A model generated the notes under the pieces. That model saw only the letters and a program-made list of their open reading frames with translations, did no database searches and was not told the origin of the DNA. Made by a program: the position numbers and the translations under genes. Shown piece after piece: positions 24,223-37,244 of a stretch of 64,000 nucleotides of DNA (its first letter is position 1; every line of letters starts with the position of its first letter). The stretch spans positions 74,958,001 to 75,022,000 of the forward strand of contig NC_043000.1 in NCBI RefSeq assembly GCF_006345805.1, read 5' to 3'. This DNA comes from Octopus sinensis (Eukaryota).

Positions 24223-27200
24223 ATCATCATCATCATCATCATCATCGTTTAACGTCCGTTCTCCATGCTAGCATGGGTTGGACGGTTCGACCGGGGATCT
24301 GGGAAGCCAGAAGGCTGCACCAAGCTCCAGTCTTATCTGGCAATGTTTCTACAGCTGGATGCCCTTCCTAACACCAACCACTCCGTGAGTGTAGTGAGTG
24401 CTTTTTACGTGCCACCCGCACAGGTGCCAGGCGAGGCTGGCAATGGCCACGGTCGGATTGGTGCATTTTACGTGCCACCGGCACGGAAGCCAGTCGAGGC
24501 AGCGCTGGCATCGGCCACGATTCAGATAGTGCTTTTTATGTACCACCAGTCCAGGGGTCCTGGCATCTGCCGGGTGCCAGTCATAGGATTGGTTCAATTT
24601 CGATTCCGATTTCGATTTCGATTTCACTTGCTCCAACATGTCTTCACAAGCAGAGGGGGTTGGCATGGGTGCCTGTCGTCGGATGAGGTTCGATATCGGC
24701 TTTGCTTGCCTGAACAGGTCTTTGTGTCCAAGGGAGGAAAGGCATGCATAAGTGGGCTGGGCTCACTTGTCCTGCCTGGTCTTCTCACGTACAACATATT
24801 TCCAAAGGTCGCGGTCGCTGGTCATTTCCTCAGTGAGGCCTAAAGTTCGAAGGTCGTGCTTCACTACCTCGTCCCAGGTTTTCCTGGGTCTACCTCTTCC
24901 ATGGGTTCCCTCAACTGCTCGGGATTGGCACCTTTTCACACACCTATCTTTGTCCATTCTCGCCACATGACCATACCAGCACAATCGTCTTTCTTGCACA
25001 CCACAACTGATGCTTCTCAGGTACAACATTTCTCTCAAGGTACTAACGCTCTGTCGAGTATGTACACTGACATTACACATCCATCGGAGCATACTGGCTT
25101 CATTCCTCGTGAGCTTATGCATGTCCTCAGCAGTCACGGCCCATGTTTCACTGCCATGTAGCATGGCTGTTCGTACACATGCATCATACAGTCTGCCTTT
25201 TACTCTGAGTGAGAGGCCTTTAGTCACCAGCAGAGGTAAGAGCTCCCTAAACTTTGCCCAGGCTATTCTTATTCTAGCAGTTACACTTTCAATGCACCCA
25301 CCCCCACTACTGACTTGGTCACCTAGATAACGGAAGCTATCAACTACTTCTAGTTTTTCCCCCTGGAAAATGACGGAAGTTGTTTTCTGCAGATTTTCGG
25401 AGGTTAATGCTCCCGAGCATCTGCCACATACAAAAACTATCTTCCCAGTTAGCCTACCTTTGACATTGCTGCACCTCTTATGTGTCCATAGCTTACACTG
25501 GGTACATCTTATAGAGTTTCTACCTACACCTTTTCTACAGATCGAGCAGGGCCATCTTCCTGAAGACATTTGTGGATTGTCTACCTTCCTACTTATTAGT
25601 ACTTTGGTTTTAGCTAGGTTGACTCTAAGGCCCCTCGATTCTAAACCCTCCTTCCACACCTGGAACTTCTCCTCCAATTCTGATAGTGACTCAGCAATTA
25701 GAGCAAGGTCGTCAGCATAGAGGAGCTCCCAGGGGCAACCTGTCTTGAATTCCTCTGTAATTGCCTGGAGGACTTTGATAAAAAGGAGGGGGCTGAGTAC
25801 TGAACCCTGGTGGACCCCAACCTCTACTTTGAATTCTTCTGTGTACATGTTGCCAACCCTAACCTTACTTACGGCATCTCTGTACATGGCTTGCACAGCC
25901 CTCACCAGCCATTCATCTATCCCTAGTTTCCTCATTGACCACCAGATAAGGGATCGGGGGACCCTATCAAAGGCTTTCTCCATGTCAACGAAAGCCAGGT
26001 ACAGGGGCTTATCTTTGGCTAGGTATTTCTCCTGCATCTGCCTTACCAGGAATATAGCATCAGTGGTACTTTTCCCTGGCACGAACCCAAACTGCATCTC
26101 ATCTAAACTAACTCTCTCCCTAATTAGTTGGGCTATGACCCTCTCCGTAACCTTCATTACCTGATCCAACAGCTTGATTCCTCTGTAATTATTTGTATCT
26201 AGGGCGTCACCTTTACCTTTGTAGCAGTTGACTAGTATGCTGCTACACCAGTCATTGGGTATGACTCCTTCGTGTATCACCTGATTGACTATATGGGTGA
26301 CTAGGTTATGGCCAACACTGGCAGATATTTTGAGCATCTCTGCAGTAATTCCTGATGGGCCTGGGGCTTTCCCTGTCTTCATGCTTCTAATTGCTTTAAC
26401 TACCAAAGAATTTTCAACTCGGATAGCTGGTCCCTCTGTTCGGTTGACATTCGGCAGACTCTCTTTATCCCATTCATTCTCTTTATTCAGCAACCTTTCA
26501 TAGTGGCATCTCCAAACCTCTCTCTTTGCATCCTCATTTAGCGCAAGTGAACCATCATCTATGCGGACACATTTCTCTCCTACCACATCACGATTCTCTC
26601 TCACACACTGTCTTGCAACACGAAATACCTCAAGTCTTTCATCCTCACGGCTCAGAACATTGGCAAATTTTTTCTTATCCGCTTCCTCTCTGGCTAAATA
26701 AACCTGTCTCCTAGCTTCCCTTCTGGCTGTCTGATACAATTCCCTGCTACCACCGTTCTTCCAGTCCTTCCAAGCCTGTCTCTTTTGTCTAATAGCTCTG
26801 TCAACCACAGTGTTCCACCACCACATTACTCTGAGTCTAGATGGTACTTTGCTCTATCTACAGATCTGGTCAGTGGCTGTCAGCAGATTGTCCCGTAGAA
26901 ATCTCCAGTTGTCTTCCGCATTAAGTGAAGCTATATCCCCTTCTATTTCGTCAAAGGCTTCGAGTAGTATGTCTCTAAATCTCTGTCCATTTGCAGGATC
27001 TTTAAGCTTCCAGACCCTTCTCCTCCAAGCAGGTTTTCTTCTGGGAAACCATTTAGCTCTGATCCTGAAGTCGCTAACTACTAATCTATGTTGAGGAGTA
27101 CATTCTTCGCCTGGAAAGGTTTTGGCATTTATAAGCAGCCCTCTTTCCCTTTTTCTGGCAAGGATGTAGTCAATCTGGCTAGTGTGTCTGCCAGAACAGT

Positions 27201-27615
27201 AGGTGACTAGGTGAGAGGTGGGTTTCCTGAAGTTGGTATTGCAGACCATAAGGTCATTTGCATCGCAGAACTCCAGCAGCCTGGTTCCCTCCTCATTTTG
27301 AGAGCCAAAACCGTAGCCTCCATGAACGCCATGGAAGCCCCCGACATGTCGTCCAACATGTCCATTGAAATCACCTGCCACGAAGAGAAGGTCACTGTCA
27401 TTTGTCAATGAGGTAGTCCGCAATAGGGTGTCATAGAATTGGTCTTTTTGTCCTTCTGGTAGCCCTGGTTGAGCGGCATATGCCGAGATGATGGTAGCTG
27501 ACCTATGGTGAAGGACTAATCTAATTTTAAGTACTCTGTCACTTACTCTGACTACCTCGATTACCTTATCTACCCATTTCTCCGCAAGAAGTATACCCAC
27601 ACCCCCGACCCCGGG
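24223..27615 (-). mobile_element. Near-intact RTE LINE ORF (APE endonuclease + RT), 5'-truncated, one premature stop
   Basis: ORF 27600-26854 (ISAYAAQ, AGDFNGHVG, SQIDYIL) is in frame with 687-aa ORF 26826-24763 (FVDMEKAFD, QGSVLSP, LLYADD); (CAT)n tail at 24223. Confidence 0.97.
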
Positions 27616-29136
27616 AAATTAAAAGATGATGAAGGTTAACAGTGACATATCAGTGCATATCAAATAAGAGCACTAGGTAGAAAGAGCCACACATACCTAG
27701 ATGGAGACATGTTTGCGAGACATATGAACTGACATTGATTTTATCATTGAGCCAAGTAATATGTGGAAGTAAGATTCCTCTCAGAGTTTGTCCTCATTCC
27801 AGCATAGTATGGTCAGTGAATGTTTTGGATGTCCTGCAAGAAATGAATATCTGGTAGGTGTTGGCATGCATTATAAAATAAAAATCACTATCATAAAAAT
27901 TGGTCTGGAATTGAGATAGAAGTTCTGACCTAGGTACAACCTGAAACACTTGATGAGATTATAGTTCTAATAAATCTCCAAATGGTACCCAAGTAAATGT
28001 TATGGTGGAAGTCAGAAGTTCCACCAATCAACTGAGGGACATCTGCTTGCTGCAGAATGTAAGGCACTACAGCTAACACCACTATTACATCAACCACAAT
28101 ACCAACACCAACAACAGCAGTAACAGAAACAACAACAATACCTTCACCACAACCTTTACAGTGGTTATACCAACAACAATACCATCTCCTCGAATAAAGC
28201 AATAATAACAATCACTTTCTAAGAAAGTCTTTTCTTATTTACAAGTTTTCTGAGACACAAAACCTTATAGACAGACACTTCTTCCCTCTAGCTCAAGTCT
28301 CAGAGATCCTAAGATACAAGAAGCATTACCAGGTGAAAGAATAATAGACAAAATGGCTTGAAACAGCAGAAATATTGACCAACCAATCACCAGTAGCAGC
28401 AGCAGCAATAGCACCACCACCACCAAATAACAACACAAATATAACTACCACTAAAGAAAGAAAATCAAAAACAAATATAAGAACAACAGCAGCAACAAAA
28501 CCAATAACCAACAACCTCCACTCTTTACTTTACAGTCATTTGAAAATGAGCCACAGTGATTTTATGGACAAGGTAATGATTAATAAAAACCATATTTACC
28601 AAAGAACTCTTCCACCCCACCCCACCCCCAAAATATATAAACAGAGAAGTCTATCCATATAAACATACTCAGACATCTTGTGATTAGAAGTTCTCTGTAA
28701 AAGAAAAAAATTTAGAGGTGCCTTGGAGATTGAATTGCCAGTCTCCTCCAAGTGACCTCTCCCTGTGTTTTCTCCAACCAGTGTGAGATGTAAAAATGTA
28801 CATGGCCTAGAGTTGGTTAGAGAGCAAGGTCACTTGGTGAAAGACCTCAGATCATTGGATATAGATGTAACTATCATTTATAGTAACCATGGAGGTGTGC
28901 AAGACCAGGATTTCCAAGATACATGTTCTAATCCTATCATTAATGACTATAAAGTGTAATATTGACAACATCTGGCCTGAATCAAACCAAATGTTGTTTC
29001 AAAAAAAAGCTTGGATTTTGAAGCACTGATGATCTTCCTGGACTTGGACAGTAGCAGTGGTGGTACCTTCAGACTATTAGTCTGAACAGCGCAGACACTG
29101 ACCAGGCTACTGGTCCCTCTATGTTATTCTCAGCAT

Positions 29137-29440
29137 CATCATCAATGTTCGACCGTGGTCGAGACAATGGAATTTACCATGCTATGCCAGACTTTACGGT
29201 CCATCATAGCATTACGGAGGTCCTGTTGCTGGATGCCTGTATCCCTGGAGATTACATCAGGGTAGGAGCGTGTGCGCCCTCTGGTATCGCGAGTAGATGG
29301 CTTCCAGAAGAGAAGAGTAGAAATTGCCTCGTTTTCAGCTCTACAACAATGTCCAGAAAATTGGTTTCTCCTACCTTTCACAAGCATACTGTAGCCTTCA
29401 GGCCTTCAGTGACATGTTTAGCAAACTCAGACTGCAGCTG
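29137..29440 (-). mobile_element. Short 3' fragment of a different RTE-like LINE
   Basis: ORF 29142-29387 LLFWKPS..RGRTRSYPDVISRDTG..MMDRKVW, followed by a GAT tail. Confidence 0.7.
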
Positions 29441-29879
29441 ATGGCAACAATTGGCTATGAAATGCTCTGAAGATGGCAATTAAGAGTACAACTTCGATAA
29501 GTATACAAAAAAAAAAATTATATTATGAATAAGTCTTCTTAACAATAGCAAAAACAGGAAGAAATGCCTAGAAATACAGCTGTAGCATCAACTCTTTCTG
29601 TTCATTTGAATGAAGAAGATGCCAAGGGCAATCAGAAAGTTGTGAAAAATAACAAAGAGTGGCATGAGCAACAAAGAGGAACTGGAGAGGGTCAAGTAAA
29701 AATAAAGTGGAATGACTCAAAAAAAATATAACCCACAAAAAAACTACTTTACCAGTATCAGCAATCAAAGATGATGTGACCAGACAAACAACTCAGTGAA
29801 TAGTCCACAAACACAATAGTAACAAGAACAACATTAACAATGCAAACTTTTACAACCCGAGCAGATCTGTATATGACAA

Positions 29880-31140
29880 TGACATATTATCATCACCCAT
29901 TATGATGTGGTGGAGAACTGAGCTGGCTTCAGTGGAACAATTTGTATCAGTCTTACTGAGAGCCACAGTAAGTGGTTGATATAAAGTTCCAATCATAGTG
30001 GTGGAACAGTGTAGTAGATAGGGCCATTAGAGCAAAGAATCAGGCCTGGAAGAACTGGAAGTGCATTGCTAGCAGAGAATTATATCAGGTTGCTAGAAGG
30101 GAAGCTAGGAGAGAGATGTACTTGACCAGGGGAGAAGCAGAAAGGAAGAAGTTTGTCAACGTTCTGCAGCATGAGGACCAGAGGCTTGAGGTGTTTCAGG
30201 TGGCAAGATAGTGTGTCATAGAAAATCATGATGTTGGAGAGAAATGCATTCACATGGATGATGGTTCACTTACAGTTAGTGATTCTGCAAAAAAAGGCTT
30301 GGAAGTGCTAATGTGAAAGGCTGCTAAATATAGTGAATCCACAGGAGAAGGAGAGCCTCCCTAACGTTAACCCAATAGAGGGACCAGCTGTCTGAATGGA
30401 AAGTTGCTTGGTAGATAAAGCAATTAAGGATATGAAGACAGGGAAAGCCCCTGGCCTATCAGGAATCACTGCTGAGATGCTTTAATATCTGGCAAAATGT
30501 GATATGGCCTAGTCACCTGTCTAGTTAATCAGGTAGTCCACAAGTGACTCATACCCAATGACTGGTGTAGCAGCAGTATAGTCAAAGGTAAAAGTGACAC
30601 CTTAGACAGAAATAATTACAGAGGTAGCAAATTGCTGGACTGGGTCGTGATGGTCAAAGCTCAACTAGTTAAGTGAAGAGTAAGTCAAGATGAGACAGAG
30701 TTTGGTTTTGTGCCAAGGAGAAGCACTACTGATGTTATACTCCTGGTAAGGCAACTGCAGCTGAAGCATTTAGCCAAAAATAAATCTCTGTACTTGGTTT
30801 TTGTTAACATGGAGAAGCCTTTGATAGATCCCCTCACTCGTTTATCTGTTGGTCAATGTGGAAGCTAGGGTTAGATTAGTGGTTGGTGAGAGTTGCACAA
30901 GCCATGTATAGGGATGCTGTCAGTAAGGTGAAAGTCGGCAATGAGTATAGCAACAAGTTTAATGTACAAGTAGGAATCCACCAAGGTTTGATTCTCAGTC
31001 CCTCTTGTTCATCAGAGTCCTTCAGGCCATAACAAAGGAATTTAAGATGGCTGATGACTTTGTTCTTATAGCTGAATCACTGTCAGAATTAGAGAAGAAA
31101 TTTTAGGTATGGAAGCAAGGTCTGGAATTTAAAGCTTTTT
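29880..31140 (+). mobile_element. Old degenerate RTE LINE RT fragment
   Basis: DNA homologous to 26826-25700 (GKAPG.SGITAEM, NNYRG.KLLD, FVNMEK) with many stops and frameshifts. Confidence 0.85.
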
Positions 31141-31149
31141 GGCTTTACA

Positions 31150-33509
31150 ACTTCACAATGATACATAGATTCAAACATAGCTAAAATCCAAAGAGCTTGA
31201 TCTGAGATCAGAGGATTAACAGGAAGTTACTTGATCTAGAATGTTTCAAGATCCAGTTCTTTGAAATCTTCCTTAGCTGGGGAGTTGAACTTCAGCTCAA
31301 GAAATTCTTCTTGCACTTCATCCAAAACATCAATCACTTCACACTGAAATGGATTCCTGATGAATTTCCAAGCTTCACGCTTTTCTTCTATATCTGGGAA
31401 GTATCTGATGAATTCTGTTTTCAAGTCAGATGAGTGATTATTTGTTTCTTTAACTCAGGATCAAGGTTACCATGAATGAGAGCAGAATCCAAGTAACTAA
31501 AATTAGCTGTATTTCCCTGCTGAATGCAACATTTCCAGTGGTTGAGTTTGGCCATGAAAGTTCAAATGGTGTCATGGTGCATGAGAATGTTGCTGTTTTT
31601 CCTCTGTAGTTTAAGGCCAAGAGCATTCAATGCTTTGAAGATGTCCACTAGGTAAGCTAGAAATAGCTGAAAGCCTTCACACTGAAACTTGTCATAGAGA
31701 TCTACCTTCTGCAAATCAAGAAATATTGCTACTTCTCATAGGTCATAAAGCTGTCCAAGTATATTCCCCTTTGATAGCCATTGTAAATTCATGTGAAAAA
31801 GCAATGCTTCATGTTCAGATTCTTTATCTTTACACAACAGTTTGAAAAGATGACTGTTTAAGGCTTCACCTTCAACAAAATTGACAACCTTGATAGCCAT
31901 GTTCAGGACATTTCTCATTTCAGTAGGTTAGGTTCTGGATGCTGAGGCTTCATGATGAAATATGCAGTGTGTACCTACAACAGATGGATTTTTTTCTTTC
32001 ATCCTAGTAATGAATCCAGACTGCAGACCAAGCATGGCTGGAGCTCCATCAGTGCACAACCCTGCAAGTGAATCCCACAAAAGTTGGTTTTCCTGAAAGA
32101 AGTTTGATCCATCACAAAAAATATCTGTTGTTGTTGTACAACTATCCATAGGGTGACAGAACATTTCCTCTTTTACACAGTTGCCTGACACAAAACGAGC
32201 ATACACCAGTAGCTGAGAACACTGAGCGATGTCAGTCATTTCATCACACTGGATGGCAAAATGGTTGAGAATTTGATATTTGATGTTTTGAGACAAGTTG
32301 TTGATCCTTCCCTTGACTGTATTGTTTGATAGTGAAATCTTGGAAAGCTTGTTTGCACTATCTTTCCCCAGAACAAGTTGTGCTTCATGAAGTAGACTTG
32401 GTTTTATGAGAGACTCTCCGATGTTATATGGCTCTTCTTGCTCTTTGAAATCAATATGGCGAACTAATAGGAAGCCTTAACAACCATTGAAGTTTGTTGC
32501 CGAAATGCCCCACTACCATCCAACTTAGCTTGCTTCAAGGAATGTCTTTTTATTTCAAAGAATGCCTTGGGCTTGTCTGCAAGAGCAGGATGTGTTGTTC
32601 CAAGTGAGAGGGTTGCATTCCATCATTGCTCAAAGTTTTGTAACATATCACACACTGGGGTACTTCTGTATCACCCTTTTGGAGGGATATGAATCCAAAT
32701 TGAATATATTCATCAAGATACTTCCGTTTCTTTACACTCATTGCGAATTATTTGATGTGCAGTTGACAACGCAAATATGTGAACAAAAGATAGGCTGTGT
32801 AAGGTAATGTCACGGCCCAATTAAGAATGCTTGGAGTAAAAAGTTCTGAAAAAATTTAAAGCAAAATAATTTGGGATAATAGTTAAATTAAAAGAAAAGT
32901 TATACGAAAAATTTGTATAATAATATATTGTATTTATTTGTACGAAAACATAAAAAAAAAGTTTCTTTAAAAAGAAAAGATTTTGCATAGCTTTTAGTTT
33001 TACCTTGTACTTTTTGTAATATTTAAATCTGATAAGTTAATATTTCTTAGTATGTTACTATAATGATGTGATAATGTTTCAGCATGTCTCTTGATTTTTA
33101 CAAATCACAGTACTTCATATATATGAAAACTGTGAATCAAACTTGTTTATAATCTATTAACTGAAAAAGATGTTTGTCTTTACACGATAATAATACCACT
33201 TTATACCAGTGGTTCTTAACTTGAGTCTTGTAACAAAAAAATTATAAAATAAAGGCAAATATTAAAGCTACAATTTAGAATTAGTGAGAGTTTTGGGGGA
33301 TATGAAGGTGGGGTCAATAAGTACAGAAAATAGTAAGCAGTGCTAAGATGGTAGAATATGAAAATTAAAGGTATAAGATGATACTTTTGCATTTTTTTTA
33401 TAAACTTCTCATTATTTGACCATGCTCTCATTAAGAGAATAACAAATATAATTAGAGAAATGCCTGCTTTTTCTCAAGGGCTTGCATGCCCTCAGGTTAA
33501 GAACCACCA
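31150..33509 (-). mobile_element. Second Buster-type hAT remnant (right end approximate)
   Basis: ORF pieces KRKYLDEYIQFGF..PQCVICYKTLSN, IQCDEMTDIAQCSQLLVYARF, CTDGAPAMLG, THCIFH, QWLSKG; TIR-like GGTTAAGAACCAC near 33495. Confidence 0.85.
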
Positions 33510-35142
33510 GTCCAGGGGGGTCCTTAGAAGTAGTAGATAGCTTTTGGGGAAATTATGAACATTTTCTCCAAGTTCTTGGTCTGACAAGTACTTTGCCTGT
33601 TCAGGATAAGTTCTGCTAGTACAGAAGTACTTGACAGAAGTCTGCTAGCAAGGGAAGGTACCTAGTTTTCATTTGCTTGGTTGCAAAGGGGAGGGAGAGA
33701 GAGAGAGTGAGTGTTTGTGTGTGTGTGTGGTGGATATAGCTAAAAGTGTTAAGGATAATGTGTTTCCTGTCCAGTCAAGTATCAACTAAAGAAGAAAATG
33801 AGAGTGGAGAGAGAGAGTGCCTTCCAGTGTGTTTTATGAAAGATAGGTAAGAGCAGCAAGATTGATGAAGCTAAATAAGCCTACTCACCTTATGTGGCCG
33901 TAAACAGAAGGTAAGTAAATAGGAGATGGCTCTGTTGAAACCTTTTATGTAATAGAGTAATCAGAATTTGTATGAACCTATTCTTGTTTATAATTTATTA
34001 TCTCATTTTTGTTGATTTTGCCTTCTTTTTACTTGATGCAAAACCTTTCATCCTTGTATTATTCTTAATTTCTTAAAACCTTGTGTGAATAACGATATCA
34101 TTCTTCTCCTCCTCATTATCATCATCATCATTTCATTAATATCTGCAATATTATATTACACTTTAAAGAACTCACTAAAATTTTTGACTTGAATATCTAG
34201 TAATGTCTGAATGTTATAAATGAATATTCAAGATAATTTGTCATTTGGTCACTATTGAGAGCTTCAGTTCAAACCATACTATATGCTGTAATTTGTTTTA
34301 GATGAGATAAATTAATTTTAATGCTTCATCTGATCTAACAAAAATGTACAGCATTCCCATTTCATGGTTGAACGATTGCATAGCTCTGCTACTGGGGTCA
34401 CCATTTTATACCTGCTGTTGTTGGCTTTCAAGTGCATGTTATTAAATGGAAAAACAGTTAGTATGAATCACCATAAGACATTTTTGTGTATAAATATATT
34501 GTTTATTCTGTGTTCACCTTTTGTGGTGGAAGCATGTAGTATGATACAAAAACATGTGTGTTTTGATTTTTGCTTTTGCACCGAAAGAAGTAACATATAA
34601 TATTTGAATTACAGTATGTATGCATGTGTGTAATGAGAACAGTCATTTTGAGAATGTGTGTGTGATAAAATATCTTCGTTTACAAACCTTATATCTTGTG
34701 TTGAGGTAAATAGACATGTGAGTTGCACGTGGGAGATTGTGCATGGAGCTGCAGAAAAAACATTTGTCTTTGACCGAAACCTGGCAGCAACTGAGAGTTT
34801 CTGCCATGTAGCTCAGAACAAGGCTTGTGTATCAAAGCGAGGCTAGACACCTCATCGATATATTTGTCTGCTGTGCAGGTCGACTCGCATATTACTATGT
34901 AAGATGTAGCTCTGATCCAGTTGTGCTTAGGAGGGCCACTTTCCTGAAAGTATATAATCTAACAGTTCATGCAAATCTTTGAGGAATTTTTTGTTCCATC
35001 TTTGCTAAAAATGAACCATACAATATGAAGAAAATAAAATAACTCAGATCATGTTCTATCTTCTGTTTTATTGTTGTTTATATTGGTGTTATTGCTGAAA
35101 TTGTGGTTGCTAACAAACTTTTCCTTCAATTCTCTATTTTAG

Positions 35143-35239
35143 AGTGTTAGAGAATTCAAGTGACATGGCAACTACATTGATTGGTACTCCATATTATATG
35201 AGTCCTGAACTTTTTTCTAGTAAACCCTACAATCAAAAG
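35143..35239 (+). CDS. NEK4: NEK4-like kinase exon: activation segment (R-VLENSSDMATTLIGTPYYMSPELFSSKPYNQK)
   Basis: tctctattttag acceptor, AAG|GT donor, phase 2 to 0; joins the exon ending at 3999 in frame (AG+A = Arg). Confidence 0.93.
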
Positions 35240-35444
35240 GTCGGTGATATGTGTATAGTATTGCTTGAAAAAGAAAAACAAACTTTTTAATTTGACTCAG
35301 CACCATCATGCTAATTCCATTTGTTACCTGCACTATCTTTCTGTGTCTCTGTCTGTCCATGTGTGTGTGTGTGCATGTGTGTATGCTTTGTTGTGAGTCA
35401 AATATATTTTGCAAATATTTGTAGGATAGACACTTTTTGAAGCA

Positions 35445-37244
35445 GTTATTAGATGAATAATGTTAGTATCATTAATGTTAGTGATAATAATGTCCATGTC
35501 AGGAATGTTAGTGTCAGTAATGTTAGTAATAGTAGTTAGCAAGTAATGTTAATGTTAATAATGTTACTTCAATAAAGTTATTGTAGGTAAAATAATATTT
35601 CGGTAATGTTGGTAACAGTAATGTTATTGTCAGAATTGTTGGCATTATTAATGGTAATGGCAGTAATGTCAGTATCTGTAATATTCATATAGTAGTGTTA
35701 GTGTAAGTAATATTAGAATTGAATCCTACAAAGGCCAATTTTACCTTTCATCTTTTCTGCATCAACAAAAGTACCAGTCAAGTACTAGGGTTGATATAAT
35801 TGACTAACACCCTCCCACTGAAATTGCTGGCTTTGTGCCAAGATTTGAGAGAATATTTGAATCAATAATTATAGTCTCAGTAATTTTGGTGTCTCTAATG
35901 TTAGTGTCAGTAATTTTAATGTTAGTAATGCTAGTATAAGTAACGTTAATGTTAGTAATGTTTGTGTCAGTATTGTTAGTGTCATTAATGTTTATTTAAA
36001 TATAGTATCAATTATGATAGTATCAACATTAGTTGTATCATTAATGTTAGTATCTGTAATGTTTGTATCAGTAATGTTAATGTTTAAAATATTAAGTAAT
36101 CTTCGTGTAAGTAATCTTTGTGTGCATAATGTTAGTAACATTTGTTTCATAAATGTTAGTTTCAGTAATGTGAGCTTCAGTAATGTTAGTGAGTAATATT
36201 AGTTTAAGCAGTATTAGTGTCACTAATTTTAGTATCAGTAATGTTAGAATCATTAACCCTTTAGCATTCAGATTTGTAAAATTAATCTTGCATCATTTCA
36301 TGGCTTTGAGATTTCAATGATGTGATTGTTTATTTTTAAAATGACACAATAAGATAGCTATGAATGACCATATCTGACTAGTTTGAACATAAAATAGGTA
36401 GAATATTTTGGCCGGATGTGGCCGGTTTAAACACTAAAAGGTTAAAGTTATTGTCAATGTTAGTGTTAGAATGATACTGTTTAGTATCTGTAATGTTAAA
36501 ATAAGTACTGTTAGGGTTGGTAACATTAGTACCAGTAATGTTGTTGACAATGATGTCTCTGTTCATAATGCTGGAATCAGTTTTCTTAGCATCAAAAAAT
36601 GCTAGTGTAAGAATGTTAGCAACAGTAATGTTAGTATGAATGATGTTAATATCAGTAATTTTTGTGTCAGTAATGTTAGTGTTTATGTTAATGTTATTGT
36701 CAATGAGTGTTCACAATGTGAGTGTTACTAATATTTATGCCAGTAATATTAGTACTGTCATTGTCAGGAATATTAATGTTACATTAGTGACTGTAATGTT
36801 GTTATCACTTACTTTAAGATGTTTGTGTTGGCATCAGTGTTGTTAGTATCTGTAATGTTAGTGTTGGCAATGTTAGAATCAGTATTGTTAGTGTCACTAA
36901 TGTTAATGACAGGAATGTCAGTGTCAGTAACATTAGTCAGAAATGTCAGGATCACTAATGCAGTTAAATTAATGTCATTAATTTTAGTGATAATGTTTAT
37001 GTCAGTAATGTTAGTATTATTCATGTAAACCTCAATGATATTTGTATGGGTAATGTTACTATAATAATTTTAGTGTCAGTGATGTTGGTATCAGTAATGT
37101 TAATATCTGTATTTATAGTATTACTAATATTAATGTAATTCTAGTGTCTTTAATGTTAGAATTGTCAGTATCATTAGTTTTCTTAATGTTAGCGTCACTA
37201 ATTAGTGCCACTAATGTTGGTGTAAGTAATGTTAGTATCAGTGA
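35445..37244. repeat. Degenerate tandem array of ~15-bp units (approx. AGTAATGTTAGTRTC), left part
   Basis: Recurrent TAATGTTAGT; produces the Thr/Asn/Ile/Asp-rich short ORFs. Confidence 0.85.
36257..36441. mobile_element. piggyBac-type MITE
   Basis: TTAA on both sides (36253-56, 36442-45); ends CCCTTTAGCATT and (rc) CCTTTTAGTGTT. Confidence 0.75.

Noticed and set aside
27697-27833. Minus-strand exon with good splice sites (tttcttgcag / GTATGT)
   Set aside because: Stop codons in all three frames and no partner exon found
33207-33509. Separate hAT MITE (CAGTGGTTCTTAAC ... GTTAAGAACCAC)
   Set aside because: No 8-bp TSD; cannot be separated from the end of the adjacent hAT remnant
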